Assembly: GCA_965203465.1 (NCBI GenBank)
Contig: CBDBCR010000003.1
Location: 1-64,000, forward strand
Direction of reading: 5' to 3'
Length of the DNA stretch: 64,000 nucleotides
DNA from: Nitrosopumilaceae archaeon
GTDB taxonomy: Archaea; Thermoproteota; Nitrososphaeria; Nitrososphaerales; Nitrosopumilaceae
A program made the position numbers and the translations under genes. Shown in pieces: positions 39,601 through 47,470 of this stretch. The notes under the pieces were generated by a model that did no database searches, was not told the DNA's origin, and worked only from the letters and a program-made list of their open reading frames with translations. Position 1 is the stretch's first letter; the number at the start of each line of letters is the position of its first letter.

Positions 39601-39909
39601 GTCGAGTTTCACGCCGCAGTTGAGCGCCGTCTGGCCCCCGTAGGCCAGCATGACGCCGTCGGGCCGCTCCGATTCTATGAGCGATTCGACGTACTGCGGG
39701 GTGACGGGCAGCAGGTACACCCTGTCCGCGAAGCGCGTGTCGGTCTGTATCGTGGCGATGTTTGGGTTTATCAGCACGCTCCTGATGCCGTCCTCGCGCA
39801 GCGCCTTGAGGCACTGGCTGCCCGAATAGTCGAACTCGCCGGCCTCTCCTATCTTTATGGCGCCGCTGCCCAGGACCAGCACGCTGCCAAGCTGCTCGGA
39901 GCGCGGCAT
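36688..39909 (-). CDS. carB: Carbamoyl-phosphate synthase large subunit
   Basis: LVLGSGAIKIGEAGEFDYSGSQC, EINPRLSRSSALASKATGYP, KQIDTLAAE, NCNPETVSTDYD. The ATG at 39909 overlaps the carA stop. Confidence 0.97.
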   Translation of the reverse strand: MPRSEQLGSVLVLGSGAIKIGEAGEFDYSGSQCLKALREDGIRSVLINPNIATIQTDTRFADRVYLLPVTPQYVESLIESERPDGVMLAYGGQTALNCGVKLDESGALARHGIRVLGTPVDGIKRTEDRQLFKDSMSECGVPVLRSRTVSDFEGAKEAAAMLGYPVIVRVAYTLGGKGGGVAHNEIELHEIVGRGINASMVGQVLVEEYVGHWKQIEYEVMRDAESNSVIVCNMENVLSMRVHTGDNIVVAPSQTLDNSEYHAMRTASLRATGHVGIVGECNIQYALDPDSDRYAAIEINPRLSRSSALASKATGYPLAYMSAKIGLGYTLPELENRITKSTTACFEPSLDYIVCKHPRWDFSKFERANRRLGPTMKSVGEVMAVGRTFEESLQKAVRMLDAGRDGMALNRLPEPDMSDEELERALADPDDQILHRVAQAIGRGVSTPRIYSLSSIDPWFIEKLRGIAEAAGSASLEPRRLLELKRMGFSDRQIARAAGSDERRVRRARKENGILPYVKQIDTLAAEWPAKTNYLYMTYGGSSHDVSPPGGGVLVLGAGPYRIGSSVEFDWGTVNMVWGLQENGAGEVSVVNCNPETVSTDYDICSRLYFEELTLERILDIAEFEGSRGVVTCVGGQTANNLTLDLDGAGVRLLGTAARDVDRAENRSTFSTELDKLHIRQPRWQALSSVPEAKEFAREVGYPVLVRPSYVLSGAAMRVVWSPSGLSEYARSVPSPSPDHPVVISKFMLDSLELDVDGVCDGRRVVIGAIVEHIDRAGVHSGDAMMCMPPWRLDNRIMEEVAEYTRKIALTFNVRGPFNLQFLVHDGTVYVIELNIRASRSMPFVSKMSRTNLISMASKAILGMELPDVPDGAWKTEGYGIKAPQFSFMQLDGADIVLGVEMQSTGEAACFGESFYDALAKALTSVGYGLPSEGAALVTAGGARAKEKLLGTVALLAKLGFRVLATEHTAEFFRRRLEGPVETVHKISEPDREPNIADLLHGRKIDFIINVPSTSTMEKYAGMLDDEYQIRRKALEMGVPVLTTTELAESFVRTLEWLKSNETTRGPLEPYLR

Positions 39910-41003
39910 CAGCGCCCCCCCATGAGCCGCCCGAGCCGCTCGAAGACGAACCGGCAGTCGTACGGGCCCGGCGAGGCCTCCGGGTGGAACTGGACGGCGA
40001 CGGCCGGCTTTTCGCGGTGGCGTATGCCCTCGACGGTGCCGTCGTCGGAGTTTCTGAACCACAGCCCGTACTCGGAGCCGCCAAGCGAATCGGGATCGAT
40101 GCAGTACCCGTGGTTCTGGCTGGTGACGTACACCCTGCCGGTCCCCTCCTCGAGGCACGGCTTGTTCTGGCCCCGGTGGCCGTACTTTAGCTTGTACGTG
40201 CCGGCGCCGCCGGCAAGCCCCATTATCTGCGCGCCGAGGCATATGCCCAGCGTGGGCACGCCCTCCGAGACCAGCTGCCGCACGGCGGAGACCGTCCGGG
40301 CGCACATCTGCGGATCGCCGGGCCCGTTGCTGACGACCACGCCGCGCGGCGAGTGCGACATTATCTGCTCGGCGGTGCTGTCCCACGGCACCCGCACCGC
40401 GCGGTACCCCATCGATACCACGTTGCGCAGTATTGCGTTCTTTGCGCCGGCGTCTATGACCACGACCGGATCCCCCGAGCCGTACTCTTGCGCCTCCTTT
40501 ACGGAAACCGCGTCCACAAAGCTGCCCCTTTCGTACTTTTCGGCGCGCCCCAGCCGGTCCAGCACGGCCGCCGCGTCCACCGGATCCTCCGAGACGCACA
40601 GGGCGCCCATCATCACGCCGCCCGAGCGCAGCTTTTTGGCCAGCTCGCGCGTGTCGATGCCGGCGATGCCTGGCACGCCCTCCGAATGGAGCCACTCGTC
40701 GAGGGTCATCTCCAGCCTCCAGTGGCTGGCAGTCTCTGCCAAGCTGTGGACCGCCAGGCCGCGCGCCTGTATGCGGTCGGACTCGAACGCGTCCGGTATG
40801 CCGGCGCCGCCGGCCGACTTTTTGGGCACGCCGTAGTTGCCCACCAGCGGGTACGTAAGCGAGAGTATCTGGCCCCCGTAGGACGGATCGGTGAGCGTCT
40901 CGGTGTACCCGACCATGCCGGTGTTGAAGACCACCTCGCCGAAGGCGGTGGCAGAGGCCCCGAAGCCCTCGCCGGCGATCGCCGTCCCGTCGTCGAGCAC
41001 CAA
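39909..41003 (-). CDS. carA: Carbamoyl-phosphate synthase small subunit
   Basis: GEVVFNTGMVGY, SNGPGDP, GICLG, SQNHGY, QFHPEASPGP. The true start may be slightly upstream. Confidence 0.96.
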   Translation of the reverse strand: MVLDDGTAIAGEGFGASATAFGEVVFNTGMVGYTETLTDPSYGGQILSLTYPLVGNYGVPKKSAGGAGIPDAFESDRIQARGLAVHSLAETASHWRLEMTLDEWLHSEGVPGIAGIDTRELAKKLRSGGVMMGALCVSEDPVDAAAVLDRLGRAEKYERGSFVDAVSVKEAQEYGSGDPVVVIDAGAKNAILRNVVSMGYRAVRVPWDSTAEQIMSHSPRGVVVSNGPGDPQMCARTVSAVRQLVSEGVPTLGICLGAQIMGLAGGAGTYKLKYGHRGQNKPCLEEGTGRVYVTSQNHGYCIDPDSLGGSEYGLWFRNSDDGTVEGIRHREKPAVAVQFHPEASPGPYDCRFVFERLGRLMGGR

Positions 41004-41275
41004 GGCCGCGTGCTTTCTCCTGTGTACAGACCTCCGCGTGGCTATCTTTAACCCTCGACGGATCGCCGGCGGTTGTGATTTAAATTTTTGCGGCCGGCCG
41101 TTCGGCGCGATCGGCCCGCCGGCGCGGTTTCCTCGCGCCCGGGCGATCCACGAACTGGCCGGCGATCCGGAGTCCGGTCCCGCGCCGGGTTCTTGCAGAA
41201 GCGGGTTCCGCGCCGGCGCGCCTCGGTTCTGCCGCCCCGGATCACGGTATTAATATATGAGCAGTTTCCAACTCC

Positions 41276-41839
41276 GTGCAAAGGGCGACGCTCGTATTGG
41301 AGGGACGGGCTCAGAAAGTCGGGTTGCGCTATTTTGTGGTCGATGAGGCCGAAGAGCGCGACATCACCGGGTATGTGAAGAACTTGAAAAACGGCACGGT
41401 TGAGATTGTGTGCGAGGGGAAGATGACATTGGCGGGCTTCGTCGAGGCCATAAGGAGGTTTAGAGAACCAATCGTTGTCGAAAACGTCAGATCAGAATAC
41501 TCGGAAAGCAAGAACGAATTCGTCGACTTCCACATAGAGCGCGAAGGCCTTGACGAGGACGAGATGGACAGGTTGTCCGACTACGAAAAACTGGACAGAA
41601 AAATAGACGCGTCTATAAGCGAAATAACGCACGGGTTTAGTGCGGCTACCAGAGTTCTGAAGCGCCCAACTTCGATACAGCACAAGATGCTAGACAAGCA
41701 GGACGAGTCGCTGGCCAAGCAGGGGGAGACTCTAGCCGAGATACGCAACATGTCGTCTAACATGAACGCCATGCTCGATTCTAGATTCCAAAAGCTGGAA
41801 AGCGAGATAGCTAAAATAAAGCACAAAATGGAAATTTAG
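41276..41839 (+). CDS. Acylphosphatase-domain protein with C-terminal coiled-coil extension
   Basis: GRAQKVGLR...ITGYVKNLKNGTVEIVCEG, then heptad-like KMLDKQDESLAKQGETL...LESEIAKIK; lower GC. Confidence 0.8.
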   Translation: MQRATLVLEGRAQKVGLRYFVVDEAEERDITGYVKNLKNGTVEIVCEGKMTLAGFVEAIRRFREPIVVENVRSEYSESKNEFVDFHIEREGLDEDEMDRLSDYEKLDRKIDASISEITHGFSAATRVLKRPTSIQHKMLDKQDESLAKQGETLAEIRNMSSNMNAMLDSRFQKLESEIAKIKHKMEI

Positions 41840-42081
41840 CGCGATGCTACGCGTCGGTATGAAGTTCGCGTAGGCAGGCGTTTCCTAGCGGCGGATCTGC
41901 AGGTTTCGGGCGATTGTACACAACCTTCGCGAAGCACCAAGCCGGCGGTCGCTCCGTGTCGAATCCCTGCGCGGGCGCTGCAAGCGGCACTGCAGACCCG
42001 GGCCAGAAAAAAAGCCGGCCGCAAGCGGCCCCCCGGATCGCGCCGGACGCCCGACCTGGCGCGCACGAGGCAGACTAACGC

Positions 42082-43275
42082 CTAGAGTGCCTTGAACGCC
42101 TCGCTCCACTTGTGGTAGGCCTGCACCATCTCTATCGAGACGCTCGGCTTGCGGTTGGACATTATGCTCCTAAAGTCGGCCATGTTTATGGGCTCGGGCA
42201 TCTGCGGCTCCTCGCCCTCGACGGGCTCGCGGTAGTCCGGCGAGCTGAACAACTGGTGTACCGCGTGCAGCTGCGCGCTCTGGCAGACGTCCTTTATGTC
42301 GCTGGCGCTGTACCCGTCGAACAGCCTCGCGAGGTCTGCCGCGTTGACCTCCCTGGTCGTGGGCAGCTTGTGCAGGTACATCTCGAAGAGGCGCTCGCGC
42401 GCCTCCTGGGTGGGCAGGTTGACGTAGATGCGCTTCTGGAAGCGGCGCAGAAACGGGTGGTCCAGGCTCCAGGGCTTGTTGGTGGCCCCGATCACGTACA
42501 TCTTTAGGTTCTTGCCCTTGCCGTTGATCCCGTCCATCTCGGTCAGAAACTGGTTCTTGGTGCGCACCTCGCCGCCCACCTCGCTGTTGCGCGAGCCGAG
42601 CAGCGAGTCCACTTCGTCTACGAACAGTATCACCGGCTTGTCCTCCTTTTCGGTCATGGTCCGGGCCATCGAGAACACTTTCGAGACGTTCTTTTCGGCC
42701 TCGCCCAGCCACTTGCTCATCATGGACGCCGCGTCCACGTTCACAAAGTACCCGTCTATCTCGCTGGCCGTGGCGGCCGCCAGTATGGTCTTGCCGCACC
42801 CCGGCGGGCCGTACAGCAGCATGCCGCGCGGCCACCCCAGCGGGAACAGGTCGGCGCGCTTTGTCGGGTACACGATGGATTCGCGCAGGGCGTTCTTTGC
42901 GTCGTCGAGCCCGACCACCTCGTCCCAGCTGATGTCGGGCTTTTCCTTCATCACCAGGTCCTCAAAGTCGCTTGCCGCCTCCTGCATGTCTATGGAGCGC
43001 TTTTGCTCCTCGGGCGAGGCGCCCGGGTCCACGACCGGCTCGACGCCGTGGGCCCCCTGCAGGACCTTTATCCTCTTTTGGTACGAGGCGGTGCGGGCCT
43101 TGTACGTCTCGTTGAGCTTGCTTGCCGGGTACAGCCTCATCAGCTTCACGAGGGTGTCTATGGCCTTTTGGTAGTTGGCGATGGCCATGCCCCGCGCCCC
43201 CTGGGAATCGAACCGGATGGCGTCGTTGGCGTGCTTGCTGGCGCTGTTTTCCAGCTCTTGCGGGGCCATGCTCAT
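42082..43275 (-). CDS. cdvC: Vps4/CdvC AAA+ ATPase (ESCRT-III cell division)
   Basis: N-terminal MIT domain (A..AIRFD..G...AIANYQKAI), GPPGCGKT, SKWLGEAEK, FVDEVD, ATNKPW, FLRRFQKR, RKPSVS...Y.KW...FKAL. Confidence 0.93.
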   Translation of the reverse strand: MSMAPQELENSASKHANDAIRFDSQGARGMAIANYQKAIDTLVKLMRLYPASKLNETYKARTASYQKRIKVLQGAHGVEPVVDPGASPEEQKRSIDMQEAASDFEDLVMKEKPDISWDEVVGLDDAKNALRESIVYPTKRADLFPLGWPRGMLLYGPPGCGKTILAAATASEIDGYFVNVDAASMMSKWLGEAEKNVSKVFSMARTMTEKEDKPVILFVDEVDSLLGSRNSEVGGEVRTKNQFLTEMDGINGKGKNLKMYVIGATNKPWSLDHPFLRRFQKRIYVNLPTQEARERLFEMYLHKLPTTREVNAADLARLFDGYSASDIKDVCQSAQLHAVHQLFSSPDYREPVEGEEPQMPEPINMADFRSIMSNRKPSVSIEMVQAYHKWSEAFKAL

Positions 43276-43331
43276 GTGGGACAATCGCCGAATACGGGGT
43301 ATATCGCGCGTGTCAAATATAATCAATCCGT

Positions 43332-43378
43332 TGGTGAAAAAAAATTCACCAGCCCCTCCGGTCTTGACAACTTGTCAA
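43332..43378. promoter_or_regulatory. Two operator-like palindromes in the divergent cdvC promoter
   Basis: TGGTGAA-N6-TTCACCA (43332-43351) and TTGACAA-C-TTGTCAA (43364-43378). Confidence 0.45.
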
Positions 43379-43424
43379 AGTATGTAGATACGGCGGCATA
43401 TATCCCGGTCCGGCGCCATAGAGC

Positions 43425-43598
43425 GTGAGCCAGGAGCAGAGGCGCCGCATGAGGCGCATAGACAGGAGGGTGCTCGAGGCCGGCCCCGACGAGCTGCGCA
43501 AGATCCAGGAGATGGACGTACAGACGCAGCTGGACTTGGTCTGGTTTTACGACGTGTACGCCGAGCGCATGCCGGTGCCGGGCCGGGGCAGAAAGTAG
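43425..43598 (+). CDS. Small hypothetical protein (57 aa), absent from the ORF track
   Basis: GTG start ~25 nt after catatat; MSQEQRRRMRRIDRRVLEAGPDELRKIQEMDVQTQLDLVWFYDVYAER... with coding-like codon usage. Confidence 0.65.
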   Translation: MSQEQRRRMRRIDRRVLEAGPDELRKIQEMDVQTQLDLVWFYDVYAERMPVPGRGRK

Positions 43599-43658
43599 GC
43601 TTTTTATAGACCACTCCGGGAGGCGCCCCGACATCGAATTCAAACCGACGGGGAACAC

Positions 43659-43686
43659 GCTGGCAGCCAAGTGCGTGGCTGCCAGC
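43659..43686. other. Perfect 11-bp stem-loop (terminator or small RNA)
   Basis: GCTGGCAGCCA-AGTGCG-TGGCTGCCAGC between convergent genes. Confidence 0.45.
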
Positions 43687-43691
43687 CCCTC

Positions 43692-45407
43692 TTAATCAAG
43701 CGCCGATACCATCTCCGAGACTTGGTTCATGCCTGCCCTCCAGAACCCGCGCGTCCCCACCGAGAACCCGTGCGCCGCCAGCAGATCCTCGGGCTTTTGC
43801 GAGCCGCCGGCGCCGAGTATCTCCATGTACGCCGGCGCAAAGTCGCGCCCCTCCTTCCTGTACCTGCCAAAGAGGGCCAGCGCCAGCAGGTTGCCGAAAG
43901 AGTACGAATAGCAGTAAAAGGGGGCGTGGTAAAAGTGCGGTATGGCCGCCCACTCGCGGGAAAACTCGCTCGGCACCCCGACGGCCCTGCCGAACTGCTC
44001 CTTTAGGGTGGCAAGGTACGCCTCGGAGGCCTCGGCGACGGTCCCGCCGCCCGACGCCAGCTTGTGCGCGGCCTCCTCGAACACCGTAAAGAACGCCTGC
44101 CGTATTATGCTCGCGTACAGGTCGTCCAGGCTGCCTGCCAGCGCCGAGCGCCTCTCCGGGTCCGGCATGCGCCCCGAGAGGGTCTCGTAGAGGAGCATCT
44201 CCGAAAAGGTCGAGGCAGTCTCTGCTAGCGGCAGCGGCGCGTCGTGCACCAGTATGGACTGTCCGCGCGCGGCCATGGCGTGGACCGCGTGGCCCATCTC
44301 GTGGGCCAGCGTGAACGCGTCGCGGTACGCGCCGGTGTAGCTGAGCATGACGTACGGCGTGGTCCCCGGCGTGACCGAGGCGCAGAACGCGCCGTCGCGC
44401 TTGCCGCGCCGCACCTCGGAATCCACGTGCCGCCGTTGGAGCACCTCGCGGACCATGCCGCCGGCGCCTATCTTGTCGAACGCCGAGAGCACCTCCCTCA
44501 CGGCCGCCGCCCACCCCATCTTTTTTCCGGCGCGCCCGACCGGCGCGTACAGGTCGGCCCTGCCCATCTTTTCCATGCCGCACAGCCGCGCCTTGCGCGC
44601 AAAGAACCTCCGGAACACGGCGGCCCCCTCCCTGCACGAGCCGAGCAGCGCGCCGACCGTGCGGTCGTCCAGGTCGTTTGCCGCGTTGCGCGCCGAGATG
44701 GGCGAGCCGTACCCGCGCATCCGGACGCACTCGTCGCCCCAGTTGCGCGCCACGTTCTGGTATATCTCGCCGAGCACCCCCATGTGCTGCCCGTACCTGT
44801 GCAGCAGCGCGCGGTACGCGGCGCGCCGCTCGGCGGCGCGGGGGCTCTTTACCAGCGTCGAGAGCTGCTCGCGGTTCATTGGCCGCCTGCCCGGCAGCCG
44901 GTACTCGAAGGCGCCTGTTATCTTGTCGTATATGCGCACCAGCGCCGAGGCGCCGGTCACCTCGAGGGTCCCCACGACGCGCTCCTCGGGCTCGGAGAGC
45001 GAGTGGCGCGCCAAGAGGCGCTTGCGCTCCAGGTACCTGCCCACGCGCCCGGCCCTGCGCCCGAGGCGGCGCGCGCTGCCCCCGTCGAGCTTTTGCCACC
45101 ACAGCCCGAAAAAGACCGATGCGTTGGAGACTTCGGCCTGCAGCGCGTCGATGCGGGCCGCAAGCGAGGTGGCGGAATCGGACTGCGTGTCCGCCGCGTG
45201 GCCGAGCGAGGCGTAGCCGGACAGGCGGGCCATGCGCTCGTGGAGCGCCTCCTTTTCCGATATCACGTTCAGGAAAGCCAGCTCGCCCATCGACGGCTTT
45301 AGGGAGCGGCGGCGCGAGCTGAACCCCGAGGCCATGCGGCGCACCGCCCTTATCTCGGCTTCCACGGATCGGGGGGCCACGTCCGCGAGGCTCCACGTGC
45401 GCTCCAA
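43692..45407 (-). CDS. M3-family oligoendopeptidase F
   Basis: GKRDGAFC, TLAHEMGHAVH, LAETASTFSE, W..IPHFYH.PFYCYSYSFG. TTG start 45407 preferred. Confidence 0.92.
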   Translation of the reverse strand: MERTWSLADVAPRSVEAEIRAVRRMASGFSSRRRSLKPSMGELAFLNVISEKEALHERMARLSGYASLGHAADTQSDSATSLAARIDALQAEVSNASVFFGLWWQKLDGGSARRLGRRAGRVGRYLERKRLLARHSLSEPEERVVGTLEVTGASALVRIYDKITGAFEYRLPGRRPMNREQLSTLVKSPRAAERRAAYRALLHRYGQHMGVLGEIYQNVARNWGDECVRMRGYGSPISARNAANDLDDRTVGALLGSCREGAAVFRRFFARKARLCGMEKMGRADLYAPVGRAGKKMGWAAAVREVLSAFDKIGAGGMVREVLQRRHVDSEVRRGKRDGAFCASVTPGTTPYVMLSYTGAYRDAFTLAHEMGHAVHAMAARGQSILVHDAPLPLAETASTFSEMLLYETLSGRMPDPERRSALAGSLDDLYASIIRQAFFTVFEEAAHKLASGGGTVAEASEAYLATLKEQFGRAVGVPSEFSREWAAIPHFYHAPFYCYSYSFGNLLALALFGRYRKEGRDFAPAYMEILGAGGSQKPEDLLAAHGFSVGTRGFWRAGMNQVSEMVSALD

Positions 45408-45445
45408 CGCCGCGCGCGGCCCGGCCGGCACTAAAAAACCGTCGC

Positions 45446-46078
45446 TCACCACTCTGGCTCTTCTACCATGCGGAGGCCGCCGGGCGCCGGCTCGAAGCCC
45501 ATCGTTTTCAGGGCCCTTTCTGTCCCGGGCGCGCCGCGCTCCAGCAGCTTGGCCGCGAGCGCCCGCCTGTCGGCGCGGCCCATGTGCTGGCCTATCTTGT
45601 ACTTGCCGCGTATCTGGTCTGGCCTGGTGCGTATGACGGCCACGTGGTCCAGCACCCCCATGCCGGGCCGGAGCGGCTCGTACCCGCCCTCGGGCTGGTA
45701 CTTGCGCATGAGGGCGTTGAGCGCGCCGGCCTTTTCGGCCTGGTCATCGACCAGCGATGTCCTCCCCTTTATGACCACGCTGGCGTACAGGGTGTCGGCC
45801 ATCGAGGCGTCGGTGGGGCTGGAAAAGTACGACGGCAGGAAGGCCAGCTCGCGGTCCGCCTCGAACCCCGAGCGCGGATCGCGCGCCATGTTGTCCAGCT
45901 TTTCGCCCCTGACATGCGAGTGCATGTACACGGCCCCCTCCCAGAACGCAAAGTTCATCGGTATTATCTGGGGGTACCCCCGCGCGTCTATGGTGGCCAG
46001 CCTGCCCACGCGCTCCTCGGCCAGGAATCTGCGGACGCTGTCCATCGAGCGCATCTGCAGGCGCCCCGTCCAGAGCAT
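45446..46078 (-). CDS. Pyridoxamine 5'-phosphate oxidase-like flavin-binding protein
   Basis: GRLATID..GYPQIIPMNF...YMHS...GEKLDN...YASVVIKG...GKYKIGQ. Confidence 0.87.
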   Translation of the reverse strand: MLWTGRLQMRSMDSVRRFLAEERVGRLATIDARGYPQIIPMNFAFWEGAVYMHSHVRGEKLDNMARDPRSGFEADRELAFLPSYFSSPTDASMADTLYASVVIKGRTSLVDDQAEKAGALNALMRKYQPEGGYEPLRPGMGVLDHVAVIRTRPDQIRGKYKIGQHMGRADRRALAAKLLERGAPGTERALKTMGFEPAPGGLRMVEEPEW

Positions 46079-46308
46079 CAGTCGCGACCGCCCTGCCTGC
46101 GCAGGAACAGCCTCTCGGCCTTGCGGAGGCGGACGCGGCGCGCCGCGTCCTCGCCCATGTCGTACAGCTCGTGGAGCCCCACGTCCACGACCAGCTCGTT
46201 CTCGCTCTCCTCGTCGAGATCCTCCTCGATGTCGGTGAGCGCCTCTATGTTCTCGTCGAGCATCTCGAGGCACTCGCGTATGTCCTCTGCCAGGTCGCTG
46301 GAAGGCAT
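46078..46308 (-). CDS. Small acidic hypothetical protein
   Basis: 76-aa ORF ~25 nt below tttaaa; its stop overlaps the next start. Confidence 0.6.
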   Translation of the reverse strand: MPSSDLAEDIRECLEMLDENIEALTDIEEDLDEESENELVVDVGLHELYDMGEDAARRVRLRKAERLFLRRQGGRD

Positions 46309-46331
46309 GCAGGCACCTCGCCGCGGGGCCT

Positions 46332-47426
46332 TTAAAGGCCCATGGCCCCGGCCTTTTTCCGGAGGGCCGGCATCACGTGCGAGGCGAACTTGTCTATGGA
46401 GCCGAAGTAGTTGCGCCCCCAGAACCGTATCACGAAGTGGTTGACGCCCGCCTCCATGAACCTCTCAAAGGTCGGTATCACGTCCTCGGGCGTGCCCACC
46501 GCCGTCGAGGAGCGCGCCACCGCGTCGGGTATCTTGGTGGCCGCCTCGCGCATCTTTACTATCCACTCCTGGTTGGACATCGAGTACTCTGTAAAGTACT
46601 TTACAAAGTCGAACCCCTCTATCTCCTTTAGCTGGTGGACGCGCAGCACCTCGGGCTTGAAGAGGCTCACCTTGACCGCCTCCTTCATGCGGGCCCACGA
46701 GGCCTCGGCGTCGTCGGAAAAGTACACGTCGATGTCCAGGGCGTACTCGAAGTCGCGGCGCACGGCCTCCGGCCTGCCGTGCTTTTCCATGGACGCGTCT
46801 ATCTGCTTTTTGTGGTCGGCGAACAGCTCCGGCGTGTACCCGATGGGCAGCCAGCCCTCGCCGAGCTTGCCGGTCAGTTCGAGTGTGCGCTTGCCGCCGG
46901 AGGCCATGTACGTGGGCGGGTGGGGCTTGCGTATGGTCGGGGCCTGCAGGCAGGCCTTTTCGAGCCTGTAGTACTTGCCCTCGTAGTCGACGGTGTTTTC
47001 CGGGTTCGACTCGTAGAGCTTTTTGATCACCTCTATCTGCTCTGCCCACCTCGAGACGGGCTTTTCGAACGGTATGCAGAACTCCTTGAGGTTCTGCGCC
47101 TCGCCCGCGCCTATCCCCAGTATGGCCCTGCCCTTCGAGACGCGGTCGAGCGTGATGGCCGCCAGGGCTATGTTGGAGGGGTGGCGCCGTATGGCGTCGG
47201 TCACGCAGGTGCCCAGCTCCACGTTGTTTGTCACCGCCGCTATGGCCGAGAGCATGACCCACGGGTCGAGCACCGTGGCGTTGCGCCACTGCGGCACGTT
47301 GGTGTGGTCCATGTAGAATATGGAGTCGTAGCCGGTCTTGTCGGCCAGCATGCACGCGGTCAGTATCTGATCCTCCGTATAGCCGGCCCGGGCCACGTTG
47401 AGCCCGTTCTGTATGCCGAACTTCAC
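46332..47426 (-). CDS. LLM-class (luciferase-like, probably F420-dependent) oxidoreductase
   Basis: GYDSIFYMDH, LDPWVMLSAIAA, LGTCVT, SKGRAILGIGAG. Confidence 0.9.
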   Translation of the reverse strand: MKFGIQNGLNVARAGYTEDQILTACMLADKTGYDSIFYMDHTNVPQWRNATVLDPWVMLSAIAAVTNNVELGTCVTDAIRRHPSNIALAAITLDRVSKGRAILGIGAGEAQNLKEFCIPFEKPVSRWAEQIEVIKKLYESNPENTVDYEGKYYRLEKACLQAPTIRKPHPPTYMASGGKRTLELTGKLGEGWLPIGYTPELFADHKKQIDASMEKHGRPEAVRRDFEYALDIDVYFSDDAEASWARMKEAVKVSLFKPEVLRVHQLKEIEGFDFVKYFTEYSMSNQEWIVKMREAATKIPDAVARSSTAVGTPEDVIPTFERFMEAGVNHFVIRFWGRNYFGSIDKFASHVMPALRKKAGAMGL

Positions 47427-47470
47427 GCCCCCCGGCCCGGCCGTTCATAAATAAGTCTATGGCGGAGCCG

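Noticed and set aside
36688-40695. 1335-aa ORF as a CarA-CarB fusion
   Set aside because: The N-terminal 262 residues are an off-frame shadow of carA. CarB starts at 39909.
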